In this document: positions 12,995-25,366 of the stretch, piece after piece
Layout of the letters: each line of letters starts with the position of its first letter
Numbering within the stretch: the stretch's first letter is position 1
DNA from: Mobula birostris
Lineage: Eukaryota
Direction of reading: 5' to 3'
Length of the DNA: 64,000 nt
Assembly: GCF_030028105.1 (NCBI RefSeq)
Contig: NC_092375.1
Coordinates: 182,191,250 to 182,255,249, forward strand
The notes under the pieces: generated by a model
What the model saw: the letters and a program-made list of their open reading frames with translations, nothing else
The model's database searches: none
What the model was told of the DNA's origin: nothing
Program-made: the position numbers and the translations under genes

Positions 12995-15020
12995 CCAGGC
13001 ACATACACAGCAGATAAGCCTCTCAGTCTGTCCTGTCTGAACATTGCCATGATATTTTTTCTGATGAGTAGAGCCATCCCTCCTACTTTAGTACCTGATC
13101 CTCTCTCAGTCCAAAATAATAGAACCCTGGAACATTGAACTGACAGTCCTGACTCTCCTGCATCCAAGTCTCACTAATGGCTATAATATCATGCTGATCC
13201 GTGCTCAAAGTTCATCTGCCTTACCTACAATATTCATTACATTGAAATAGACACAGCTCAGACCATTATTTCTACTATGCTCAAACCTTCAGTTTCTGCC
13301 TTTGAACATAGGCTCAACATTTACTTTCCCACACAGCCATCTTATGAGTTGCTCTGGTACTCTGTTCAGCACCAGAGCAACACTAGCAAACCTTCTCCAA
13401 GAATATTAGTCCCTGTCCAGTGAAAGTGCCAACTACCCCATCTGTACATATTCCACTCTCTGGAAGAGAGCACCAATGATCCAAAGATCTGAAGTTCTCC
13501 CTCCTGCATTAGCTCCTAAGCTATGTGTTAAGCTGTATTAGCTTTCTATTTCTAGCCTCACTTGCATGCAAAATTGGTAGCAATCCTGGGATCACCACCC
13601 TGGAGACACTGTCCTTTAACTTAGCACCTAACTCTCTGAACTCACTCTGTAGGACCTCATCACCCTACCTGTCTACATCATTGGTGCCAACATGAACCAT
13701 GACCTCTGGCTTCTCACACCTCACCTTAAGAATTCTATAGATTCGATCTGAGATATCGCTGACCCTGTTACCTGGGAGGCAACATACCCTCCGGGAATCT
13801 CGTTGTCGTCACAGAACTTCCTGTCTGTTCCCCTATCACTATCGCTTGCCTCTTTTATGTTTCACATGGCTATAAGCAGCACTGGGGCCCCACAGGAGGG
13901 TATATTGGCTCCCTTTGTTTACCCTGTATACCTCGGACTTTAGACAACACAGTCTTGTCATCTGCAGATATTCTCTGATGACTCAGTAATAGTTGGGTGT
14001 ATAAACGGAGGACGGGAGGATGAAAACAGGGCTCTGGTGGAGTGGTGCAAGATGAATCATGTGCAGCTCATCATTGGTAAGACAAGGGAGATGATGAGGG
14101 ACCTTAGGAAGACCAAGCCTGCACTGCTTCCCGTTATTATTGGTGGTGAGGACATGGATGTGGTGAGGACCTACAAGTTCCTGGGGGTGCACCTGGATGA
14201 CAGACTTGACGTGGAGCACCAACACAGAGGCTGAGTACAAGAAGTGATGGAGCAGTGACATGGCTGATGCCAACATGCTCAGTAAACTGATTCAAAAGGC
14301 TGGCTCCATTATAGGAGTCAAACTGGACACACTGAAGTCTGTGGTAGAACAAAGGACCCTCCATAAAGTCCTGGCAATTCTGGACAATGTTTCTCACCCT
14401 CTGCGTGCCATCTTGGCTGAACAGAGGAGCACATTTAGTAATAGACTGACAACTGTGCTGCTCCAAAGAGCGCTATATGAGGTCATTCTTACCCTCAGAC
14501 ATTAGGCTGTATAGTGAGTCAATCTATAGCTGGGGAAGTGATGACCCCCTCCTGTTACATCGGTTGAGATCACTTGTTTTTTTTTTTATTTTTCTTACTT
14601 CTCTTCTAATATTTATATATCTGGCACTTGTAATGTTACTGTGACACTGTAATTTCCTTGGGATCAATAAAGTAGCTATCTATCTACATTTCGAGTTACG
14701 GAGCCATACTCGGTGGCAGATACCTGACTGCTGTGGCTTTCCATTGCTAGGACATCACCCCAATAGTATCCAAAACTACATACTTGTTACTGAGGGGAAC
14801 AATAGTGGTACCCTGCACTTGCTCTCTATCCTCTTTCACTCTCCTGATGATCACCCTGTTACCTGTGTCCTGCATCTTGGCTATTACTACCTCCCTCTAT
14901 TAACCCTCCATTTCCTGAAAGTCAACCAGCTCTAGTTCCCTAACAGGGTCTGTAAGCAGTTGCAGCCAGTTGCACTTCTTGCAAGTGCAATCACTGGAGG
15001 TCTCCTGGTCTTCCCATTGC
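12995..15020 (-). mobile_element. CR1 5' region (ORF1 zinc-finger/esterase and ORF2 endonuclease remnants), split by a Rex1 insertion
   Basis: YFNV.NIVGKADEL and IAISETW endonuclease motifs; CTCKKCNWLQLLTDPVRELEL, typical of CR1 ORF1. Confidence 0.7.
13860..14686 (+). mobile_element. Rex1-like LINE fragment (internally deleted)
   Basis: STGAPQ, FSDD, YKFLGVHLDD and AILDNVSHPL motifs; aataaa followed by a (tatc)n tail. Confidence 0.85.
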
Positions 15021-15306
15021 ATCTGAATTTGCCCACGTTTATATTTATAGAGACACAGATTATGGAGTCCCAAAGCAGGTACCCAGGCACAATGTGATTT
15101 GAATGGCAACAACACTAATAGGAAGCACTGACAGGACAAACAAAACAATAGAGTTCTATATTGAGAGTCTACCTTTCGAAAACACCTAATATGTGGAATA
15201 AAATGCAAAGTCTTATTCAAATTACTATCTTTCCATCCAAATCCAACAGGTGCAAGTTGTAGACTCATCCCAACCTTTAAAGCATAACTTAAAATTTTAC
15301 ATCACT

Positions 15307-15818
15307 GTGGTGCTTGTCCATTGCATCTGATGATGACAGCAAACCTGTGCAGGAGAGTTTTTAAAGTGGAAAAGCCATTGCATTGGGGGAGTTCCACTCC
15401 CTCGATCTCAGAAGTCTGGATCCAGTCGAACAAGCGTGTATAGCAAACTGGGGTCTTCCTTGATTGCAGTGGATGACCATGACATCTTCTGTGCCTTGCC
15501 ATGCCCTTCACTCTCCATGGAGTGTTACAAAGCCGCCTTCCTGGCTGTTGAATCTCACTGCCGACCTTATTTGCTCAGTTAGCCAGAGCTGATTTTGCAC
15601 GCTGGATAGGCATGTCCCTATCTCACCGGGATATGAGGCCCACCGGTGACCCTCTCCTGGTCTAACCTGCAAAGCAGTGTACCGGGGTATGGCTGCTGTC
15701 ACACACAACAGATACTTGGAGCTACAGGTGAGAGTCAAGTCTCTGGTGGGGACCAAAGGTGAGTGAGCTGCCCCCGAATGGACAGGACAAGCCCCTTCCC
15801 CTCCCTGGATACCCCATA
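15307..15818 (-). mobile_element. Non-coding RTE-derived (bipartite 5'UTR/3'end) non-autonomous element
   Basis: Minus-strand motifs ctctcacctgtagctccaagta and atggtcatccactgcaatcaaggaagacc recalled from RTE 5'UTRs; imperfect TSD tacatcact/tacctcact. Confidence 0.6.
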
Positions 15819-15894
15819 TACCTCACTAAAGTTCTGATACCACCATGTAATCAGTCTCAGTAGTGTGTTCTCAATCAACACATTAATTCAAAGG

Positions 15895-16530
15895 GAAAAG
15901 CAGAAAATACTGGAAACACTTATCAGGTCAGCCAGCAATCATGTAAAAAGTAGTGTTAACGTTTCAGTTTGATGACCCTCTGTCAGAGCTGGAACAGTAA
16001 GAAAATATGGAAGGGCTGTTGGAAAGGATGGGGAATATTGCTGCTCGGGTGCGGCCAAGAATGCAGAGATGATCAGTTATTGATGAGGTTACTTGATTGA
16101 TGGATTAATAAAATGTAATTAGGGAGAAAGAAAAGGCACATGTAAACGTTACAAAATGTCGGACAAGCAGTATGTAGCTACAAGAACTTTTATCTCATTA
16201 GGCATTGTTAATTATTTGAATTCATAATGCAGATGGATAATCTTAGCAGAGCAACACAAACAAAATGCTGAAGAACTCAACAGGTCAGGCAGCACCTACA
16301 GAAGTGAATCAACAGTGGACATTGGAAGCTGAGGTTCTTCCTCAGGACTGCAGAGGAAAGGGGAAGACACTAACTTGTTTTCTTACTGTCTCAGCTTTGA
16401 CGAAGGGTCACCAAACTGCAACATTAACACTATTTTTACCTGATGACCGTTTTCAGTATATTCTGCCATCTTCCCACTTCCTTTCCAGTCCTAATGAAAG
16501 GGCTTGGCCCAAAATGTCGGTTGTTTCTGC
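15895..16530. mobile_element. Decayed Penelope-like terminal fragments with degenerate hammerhead motifs
   Basis: Several diverged copies of the atgctggag-aactcagcaggtcaggcagca and ctgatgaagggtc...gaaacgt module in both orientations. Confidence 0.6.
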
Positions 16531-17379
16531 AGAACCTCTCATGCTTATAATCTTAGCAGAACTGTCCTGCTCTTGTACAACAAGAAAGTGAGATTTTCTG
16601 AAATTGTTGAATTTGATACCGAGTCCTGATATACAGGTAGAGGAGGAAATGCTGATGTTGAGTTTTGTTAGAACAATGCAGGATGGCATAGGCAGATAGA
16701 TCAGATTGGGTGTGATGAGGATGGTAAGGACCCAAGTGCTGGAATATCCGAAACTAAAACTGAGGCACAGTTTCAAGACTGAGATGAGAACAGAGATCTT
16801 GACTAGATGGTAGTCGAGAACCTGGTGAGGCTAGATGGGAATCCAAATGAGACAGAAATCCTGAATATAATTGCAGACTGAACCAAGGTTCTGATGAACG
16901 AGCAGCGAAACTAAGATCAGGTGCTCGTTAAGTAGTCAAACCTTGGTGCCAAAACATGGCCGCCAATTAGCAGAGTGGGCTAGAATATTTAAAGATACGG
17001 TGCCAGCTATTCATATTCCAGAGAATTGGAGCATCTAAACCCCAGAGGTTGGCGTAGTCAGGTGTGTATTGTAATACTGGGACTGGAATGGAAAATTAGA
17101 GCAATTATTTATTCCCTTTATCCAAGCTATCCCTCCCTCACCCTCCTTGTTACTTAAAACTGTTTCATTTTCTCTTTTTCCCAATTCTAACAAAAGACCT
17201 TCAAACTAAACAGTAATGATTTTTGTCTCCATGGGCACTGTCTGACCTGATTGTCTCCAGCAGTTTATGTTTTGTCTGTTGATTTCAAGCATCTGTAATT
17301 TTGATTTAAATTTACATCAGTCTGCAATCCTGCATGGGACATTTAGTCATCATAATGATGGGACAAGGGTTTCTTAGTT

Positions 17380-17595
17380 GGTGAAGCTGTCTCATTGTTC
17401 CATCTCTCTCTGTGGAGTTTGTGAGATCTTTATGTGACTGCATGGAATTTCCCCTGGGTGCTCAGGTTTGCTGTTTGTTAATTAGTTCCTGTAAATTGTC
17501 CCTGGCATAGGTGGCTGGTAGAAGAATTCATGGGGCTGTTAATAGGCATCCTGAGAAAATAGGATATGGGCAAATAGGTGATTGATGGGAGAGCT
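17380..17595 (+). mobile_element. V-SINE (HE1-like) remnant; CR1-type tail displaced to ~18548-18580
   Basis: gtggagtttg...gtgactgcatggaatttcccctgggtgctcaggttt V-domain-like sequence. Confidence 0.6.
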
Positions 17596-17599
17596 CTGA

Positions 17600-18547
17600 A
17601 AGTCTCCGCCTCTCTGACAATCAACCCTGGCGCACCTTAAGGATGTGTGCTTAGCCCACTGCTCTACTATCTGTACATCCATGACTGTGGGGTTAGGCAC
17701 AGTTCAAATGTCATCTACAAATTTGCTGATGGTACAACCATTATTGGCAGAATTTCAAATGGTTATGAGAGGGCATACAGGAGCTAGCTGACTGGTGTCA
17801 CAGCAACAACCTTGTACTTAATGTCAGTAAGACCAAAGTGATTGTGGACTTCAGAAAGGGTAAGACGAGCGAGGGAGCACACGCTGGTCCTCAGAGGGAT
17901 CAGAAGTGGAAAGAGTGAGCATTTTCAATTTCCTTGGTGTTAATATCTCTGAAGATCTTACCTGGGCCCAACATATCGATGCAGCTATATTTCTTTTGGA
18001 GTTTGGGAAGATTTGGCACGTCACCAAAAACACTTGAAATTTTCTGCAGATGTACTATGGAGAGCATTCTAACTGGCTGCATCACTGTCAGGTATGCGGG
18101 GTTGGGGGCGCTGCACAGGATCGAAGTAAGCAGTAGAGTTGAAAATATAGTCAGCTCCATCATGGCCACTAGCCTCCGTAGTATCCAGGACACCGCTGAG
18201 CAGCGATGCCTCCAAATGGTGGCCTCCATCATTAAGAACCTCCATTGCCCAGGTCATGCCTTATTCTCATTGCTACCATGAGAAAGGAGGTAAAGAAGCC
18301 TGAAGGGGTACACTCAATACTTCAGGAACAGCTTCTTCCCTTCTTCCATCAGATTTCTGAATGGACATTGAACCCATGAACGCAACCTCACTAATTTTTT
18401 TATTTCTGTTTTTGCACCATTTAACTATTCAATATACGCACTTACTGTAATTCACATTTTTCCTGTTACTATGTATTGCATTACTCTGCTGCCGCAAAAT
18501 CAACAAATTTCATGCCACATGGCGATGATATTAAACCTGATTCTGAT
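17600..18547 (+). mobile_element. Rex-Babar-like LINE 3' portion
   Basis: GCVLSPLLY, YKFADGTT and ESILTGCIT motifs; tail aaacctgattctgat. Confidence 0.85.
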
Positions 18548-19329
18548 AGGATGGGCTGAATGGTTTCCTGTGTTATGTGAAACTACATGAACTAAAAGAA
18601 CTATGGCACCCTAACAAAAAAAACCCACTCCTTAACTCACATCACTTCAAGTAAAATCAACAAGTTATATCCCACTAGAGCTTGTTGGATTTTGTGTGTG
18701 AACAGGCTTTATTCAAACACTTTACTGGCTAGTGCAAGATTTTGTTCACTCAAAACACAATCATAAATGACTAATTTTAGAGCAGCCATTAAAACCATGC
18801 AATTCTCAGAGCTCTGCAAATTCCTACTTTCCACATAAAGAGTATATGATGCAAGTTAATTTATGCTGAAGGAGCCAAGATTTGGTCAAGGATTTCTTTC
18901 AAACAATCATTTCATTTAGTCAACTTTACTCAACAGCCTATTTGTTAGCTTAATTTTTACTATCCAATTGACTGACACAGTACTTCACGATTCAGGTCTG
19001 TGCCAGTCTGGACTGTAAAATTTAATTTTACAGGCTAAACAGAGGTGCCCACACCACAATCAGAATCACCCCACATCCTCCAAGTTCTGGGAACATGCCA
19101 TATTTTAAGTTTAAAAAATAGTTGTATTTAAAATACATATGAAAAGTGATTGTGAAATGAGACAAAGCAAAAAAAAAAAAAGTGCTGTGGATTATTAGGT
19201 GGAATCAGTTTCTTAGGAACCCAGTTCACTGAGTTTATATTTTCAGGCAAAAATGGTTTTTCAACGGTGAAGCATTCACTTAAAACAGGTTGAATAGTTA
19301 AAATGGTGGCAGTGTCGAGCGTTACTTAT

Positions 19330-20250
19330 GTGACACATCATCAAAACTCTGACAAATCTTCTATAGATGTGTATTGGAGAGTGTATTGACTGGCTGCATC
19401 ATGGCCTGGTTTGGAAACAGGCCTTTGAATGGAAAATCCTACAAAAGGCAGTGGATACAACCCAGTCCATCATGGGTAAAGCTCTCCCCACCACCGTGCA
19501 CATCGACATGAAATGCTGTTGTAGGAAAGCAGCATCCACCAAAGGTCCTCACCACTCAGGCTATGCTCTATTCTCGCAGCTGCCATCAGGTAGATGGTAC
19601 AAGCAGCTCTGAACTCACACCACCGGGTTCACGAATAGTTACTACCCCTCAACCATCAGGCTCGAGAACAAAACGGGATAACTACACTCACTTGCCCATT
19701 TATTAAAATGCTCCCACACCAATTATCTCTTTATCTTGTTATTTCATGTTCTCATTATTTATTGATATTTATTTATATTTGCATAGTTTGGAGTATTCCG
19801 GTCGATCTTTCATTGATCCTGTTCTAGTTACTATTCTATGTGTGGGCACGTGGCCAAGTGGTTAAGGCATTGGACCTGAAGGTCGTGAGTTCGAGCCCCA
19901 GCCGAGGGAACGTGTTGTGTCCTTGAGCAAGGCACTTAATCACACATTGCTCTGCAACGACACTGGTGCCAAGCTGTATGGGTCCTAATGCCCTTCCCTT
20001 GGACAACATTGGTGTCGTGGAGAGGGGAGATTTGCAGCATGGGCAACTGCTGATCTTCCATACAACCTTGCCCAGGCCTGTGCCCTGGAGAGTGAAGACT
20101 TTCCAGGTGCAGATCCATGGTCTCACAAGACTAACGGATGCCTTTAATTTACTATTCTATAAGTTTATTGTGTATGCCCACAGAAAAATGAATCTCAGGG
20201 TTGTATGTGGTGATATATATGTAACTTGATAATAAAATATACTTTGAACT
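19330..20250 (+). mobile_element. Rex-Babar-like LINE 3' end hosting a SINE
   Basis: Same family as 10965-11580; tail tactttgaact. Confidence 0.8.
19840..20148 (+). mobile_element. tRNA-derived SINE (family B) with perfect 12-bp TSD
   Basis: Head GGGCACGTGGCCAAGTGGTTAAGG...GAGTTCGAGCCC (A and B boxes); TSD ttactattctat at 19828-19839 and 20149-20160; TTTAAT tail. Confidence 0.92.
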
Positions 20251-20305
20251 TTTAAATTCTCATACTTCCAAGCCTTTCAATTGATTCTAAGGCATTCATT
20301 TAAAT

Positions 20306-20384
20306 CAGGGGTTCCTAATCTGGGGTGCATGGACCCGTGGTTAATGATAGGGATCCATGGCATTAAAATGGTTGGGAATTCCTG
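20306..20384. mobile_element. hAT (Charlie-like) ~79-bp MITE
   Basis: TIR CAGGGGTTCC(C)AA...TTGGGAATTCCTG; one of five copies in the window. Confidence 0.8.
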
Positions 20385-21054
20385 GTTTGGATTAACCGTG
20401 TTACGATAATTTGGAGAAAAATACATTGAATGTCCTAATAAAGACATCTAATATCTGTCCAATGCAATAATTTTCCATGCATACCTGCTGATCTCTCGTG
20501 GGGCTTAACATGGTGATTCACGTGATGTGTTGATTTGTAAGGTTAGGAATGTATCATGGAACACAAATCTACACATCCCTAAGTAGTCCATTAAACAGCA
20601 CTTACTTGTTGCCAGAGCTGTACAGGGCAAGTTAAATTAAAATTGAATGTTTTCTGTTCAAACTACATGCCAAACTAAATAGTTATTGGCTCCTATTCTT
20701 CTGAAATAAATGTGGTTCTTTATTGTAATCATTGCATAATAGGCAACCAAGATTCTGATTAGTGTGTAATGAGAAACATGTAACTGGCGTAACAGTATTA
20801 CAACTCTAAATTATTTGTATTATCTCTTCTTAAGAGAAGTAATCAATCTACCATAAACAAAACTAATGCAACAAATTTGGCATTATTATGAAGGAAAAAT
20901 TTGAAAGAGGACATTTAACATAAGATATAACTGCCTTATGTAGATTTCTCTTGTAGCATTATTAAGTCAATTTAAGTATTATTTAGGAACATGACATAAT
21001 AAAATATTGGTTCATTAAAATGAGGCAGATTTAATATACGAGAGAATTTCATTG

Positions 21055-21445
21055 TAGACACAAGAGATTCTGTAGATGCTGCAAATTTTGAGCAACAGAC
21101 ACAAAATGCTTGAGATACTCAGCAGGTCAGGCAGCAACTATGGTGAGAAATAAATAGTTGACGTATTCGTAGCTCGGATTGAGGTGTTCACTGAGCTTGG
21201 CAATTAGCCTGCAGACGTTTCATCACCAGTCAAGGTGGCATCCTCGACTGCGCACTAAGGATGTCACCTCAACTAGTGATGAGACGTCGGCCATCTAACT
21301 GCCAAGCTCGGTGAACAGTACAACATCAAATACTCAGTGTTTCGGACCGATGATGTGTCTATGCCAAAATGTTGACTGTTTATTTCAGATGCAGCCTGAC
21401 CTGCTGTCCCTCCAGCATTTTGTGTGTATTGCTCAAAATTTCTTT
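21055..21445. mobile_element. Nested Penelope-like palindromes carrying hammerhead-derived motifs
   Basis: Outer inverted arms 21083-21164 and 21369-21441; inner inverted arms 21185-21317 centred on TGCGCA at 21249-21254. Confidence 0.8.
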
Positions 21446-22469
21446 GCAGTTATTCACTTCACTGACACTTTGAATTTTTTCCTATTTTCAAACACACAAG
21501 GAATTTTTTTCTCCTGTCCTCACAGAAGTCATGTTCCACAGCACACACCTTCCACATTATTCACATATTTTCCCCACTTCCTCTGAAACGGATTGATGGA
21601 ACAACAGCCACTGCTCGATGCCTTCCTCAGTATAGAGCAGTGGAGTATGGTTGGGAGGAAGTGATCAGCACTAGAGAGCTGGGTACTGACAAAACTTAGG
21701 GTAGAGGGTAAAACAGCTGCAAAAGATAATCCAGTACTCTCATTTACCAGCGACACTGACCACCCATGCAACCCTAACTTCTGCAAAGTAATCTTTTCCT
21801 ATGTGTTCTGGCATCTGCTGTAGCCACGAGTTTGAGGGTCAGTAATCATAGTTTGACTAGCTCGCTAGTCAATGAAATTCTGCCTTGTCTTTCAGCAACA
21901 TAACTGTTCTAAAAATTTCACTTTGGAGCAACTTCACAGATATTTCTGCTTTTAATCTGTGAATTGTCCCTCTGTAAAATTGGCTTGCCTCAAGTAAGAA
22001 ATGCAGACACAGATCATGTGTTCAGCAGGGTCAAGGTGTAGGTAAAAAGCAATGCACTTGGCAGATATAAGAGCATATCTTATGTCCCCAACACTTCTGG
22101 CAGGAGTTGACTAAGTTGCTCTACAGGGATAATCTAGAGTTTGGTGTCATGGTTCACAGGTGGAGAATAAATACCTAGATACTTTCTCAGAGACGTCTGT
22201 CATCCACCAAATTACACCTCAGGTTACTTTGAACAAAGATCATGTTTAGGAAGATTCAGCACCTACATCTTGAGGGACAACTTAATTTCACATGATGAAC
22301 AATATTATAACCTCTTGCTGTGCCTGATCAGTAACAACAATTATCCCACATTTATATCCTGGCTTTAACAGGGGACCATGCTTCACAGGAGAGCTACCAA
22401 ATAAATAATTGGAACCACGGAGATATTAAAGTAATTGGAAGTTTGGTTACAACTTGTAGAACAATTATC

Positions 22470-22743
22470 TCAGTGACCTGGGTCCAATCCTGACCTCCAG
22501 TGTAGTCCATGTGAATTTCATACCCTTGTGACCACATGGGTTGCCTCTTTCTAGTTTCCTCCCACAGACATGGGTTGCTAGGTTATTTAGTTATTGTAAA
22601 TTATCTCCAGTGTGAAATGACACTTAGTTTATGAAAGGATGGGGCATAAAACCCAAGTAGGTTTTGTGCATACTGAGTACTTGATGTCAGCATGGATTCA
22701 ATGGGCTGAATGGCCTGTTTCTCTGTTGTCTATTTCTATGATT
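22470..22743 (+). mobile_element. V-SINE (HE1-like) with CR1-derived tail
   Basis: B-box-like ggtccaatcc, V-domain remnants, and tail atgggctgaatggcctgtttct. Confidence 0.65.
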
Positions 22744-22988
22744 CCCAGTATCATTAATTTGAAGTTCCAAAGGAGAAATTTTCAAAGCAGAGTAGTTTAT
22801 GGAGGTAATTCCACAAATAAGAATATTTGGAACTGAAACGACTACCACCAGTCATAATGGGTTAGTGATTAAATCTTTAGACTTGAGTGGGACAGTTTAA
22901 AATTTACTGTGCTGTTGGTGTCTGTGTAGTAGCTATATCTTATATACAGTATACACACACAGACCCCCACACACACACATTAAATGTA

Positions 22989-23895
22989 CAGTACTGTGCA
23001 AAAGTCTTAGGCACATATATAGCTAGGATGTTCAAGATATTTGCACGGTACTGTAATTTTATGTATTGCACTGTACTGCTGCCACAAAAAAAAAATCATG
23101 AACTATGTGAGCGATGATAATCCTGATTCTGATATGGGTCTCTGTTGTGGTCTGAGTGGGATGGGGGGCAGGGAGAGGGGATCATAGTTGGGAAAAGGGG
23201 AATGGAGAGAGAAGGGAGCAGGAAACTCCAGGGAGGTATTTTGTATTAATCAATAAACCAGTTGTTTGGAATCAAATAACCTTGCATGGTGTTTCAGGGC
23301 TGGGTGTGTCTGCAGCCACACCACCCCCCACCCCGGCACGTCTCCTCTGCCATCTGCCCCACACCCCTCCCGCAGTGCTACACCCTCACCATTCCCAAAA
23401 GCCTTTGCTGCTGCCTGATTTACAAATTCGCTCTTCGCTCCACATTGACAAATATAAACACGACACGACCCACCCAGCCAACAGACTTTTCATTCCTCTT
23501 CCCTCCGGGAGAAGGCCCAGGAGCTTGAAGACTCATACGACCAGATTTGGGAACAGCTTCTTTCCAACTGTGATAAGACTGCTGAACAGATCCTAACCCA
23601 GATCCGGGCCGTACCCTCCAAATATCCAGATCTGTCTCTCGGTTTTTTTTACACTACCTTACTTTCCATTTTTCTATTTATGATTTATAATTTAAATTTT
23701 TAATATTTACTAATTTTTACTATTTTTAAATTTAATATTTGTAATCCGTGGAGCAGGAAGCGCAGAATCAAATATCGCTGTGATGATTGTATGTTCTAGT
23801 ATCAATTGTTTGGCGACAATAAAGTATACATAGTATGCAAAAATTCTTAAGCACCCTAGCTACAAATATGCACCTAAGACTTTTGCACAGTACTG
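22989..23895. mobile_element. Composite Tc1/mariner-type MITE (second copy) with an internal Rex 3'-end insertion (~23459-23830)
   Basis: TA|CAGTACTGTGCAAAAGTCTTAGGCAC ... CACCTAAGACTTTTGCACAGTACTG|TA with palindromic modules at both ends. The insert encodes THPANRLFIPLPSGRR...RFGNSFFP. Confidence 0.85.
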
Positions 23896-23949
23896 TATAA
23901 AGTTGAGATGCATTCTATATTGAGTTAATGTTTATAGATAAGCGGGGAG

Positions 23950-24176
23950 TGTGATGTATTTAATATTTGAGTAAAATTGTTTAATGAAGCATTCTTTGTT
24001 GTTACACTAGTTATTATGGGTTATATGTAAAAGTACATAAATGGCATATGTCATTACATCACCAAGTTCTACATGTGCACCTTACTGAAAATAAAAATGA
24101 AACTAAGATACATTATTCCTGGCTCTGTGTTTTTGCTTTCAATTAGTTTAATGTCTTGGTGTTACAAAATATAACA
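23950..24176 (+). mobile_element. Possible solo LTR
   Basis: TG...ACA ends with an internal AATAAA; TSD not convincing. Confidence 0.35.
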
Positions 24177-25366
24177 GAGCTAATTCCAGGGATAAGAATA
24201 TTTGCAGCTGAAGGCACTATCCCAGTCCTGGAATATAAAAATGCTTAATAGGTCAGAAGGAACAATGTAGAAATGGGAGATTGTGGAGATAGAGAGAAGC
24301 ATGTCAAAGGAAGAATTTGAAAACGTGGATTGAGTATTTTTAAAATCTTGCTTAACCCAGCAAGTACAGAAAGCTGGTGATTATGATTGTTGCACGTCAG
24401 TATGTGAGCTCTGTTCCTCAGGCCTCCAAGCAAGAAGTGAATTAAAATATTGAAGCTTTGAGGTAACAAAGGCATGTGTCAGTGTTTCAATAATAGCTGA
24501 ATCAGGGATAGAATCAGGTAGAAATGTAGAAATGAAAGGTGGGCAGTCTTAGTAATGAGCTGAATGTAACACTTAAAATTCAATTTAGGATTAAATAGAG
24601 TAGATTGGTTTGGATTTAGATAAAAAGGAATATGAACCAATGTCTTCTCAAAACTTAGCTGGAAAAATATTCTGTTCATCAATGTTAAATATTGGTCAGT
24701 CTAACAAATTAAAATAGTTAATGAATCAATGGTGAAAGCAAGATAAAATTGAATGTCTTCTGAGTATGATTAGAAACTGATGTCAATCTTTATAATAATG
24801 TTTTTTTCTTGAGACATTGTAAGTGTTGTTTACTTTGATGTACTTTTGCACATTTTGGATAATAATAATAAGATTTGAAAAGGAAGAAAGAAACTGATTT
24901 CATATAGTATATCTTGCTGCTGAGGGACATCATGCAGGTGAGAAGAAAGAAATGTAATTTGTGGTGTGCCAGAATAGCATAGAAGTGGGTAGAGAAGAAC
25001 TCATGTGATTTTCTGACCATGATGGAGAGGTACTATCCCATCTAGCTGAAAAACTAGTGGGCGGAGACTGGAATAGAATGCTTTCATGGTCACTGTAGGC
25101 AGGTTAAGGGTCATCTTGGTAACATTCATAGAGCATGCTAGTTTGGTGCAGTGGCAGGGTAGAAACACGACTGGAGATCTTCAAATATGGAAGTGCAATA
25201 AATATAGCCTCCAACTTAGGAAGTTGGCATATGTTAAGACCCTTAATGAGGAATGGGAGATACAAAATGGGGCCATGGCTTGCAAGAATAGGAGGAAAGA
25301 AAGTACATTTCTGAGGAGAGAGATCAGAGTGATAGATTTGACATAGAAGATAGTTCCTAAGGAGAT

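Noticed and set aside
19845-19905. tRNA gene
   Set aside because: It is a SINE head: no complete cloverleaf, and it is followed by a SINE body and TSD.
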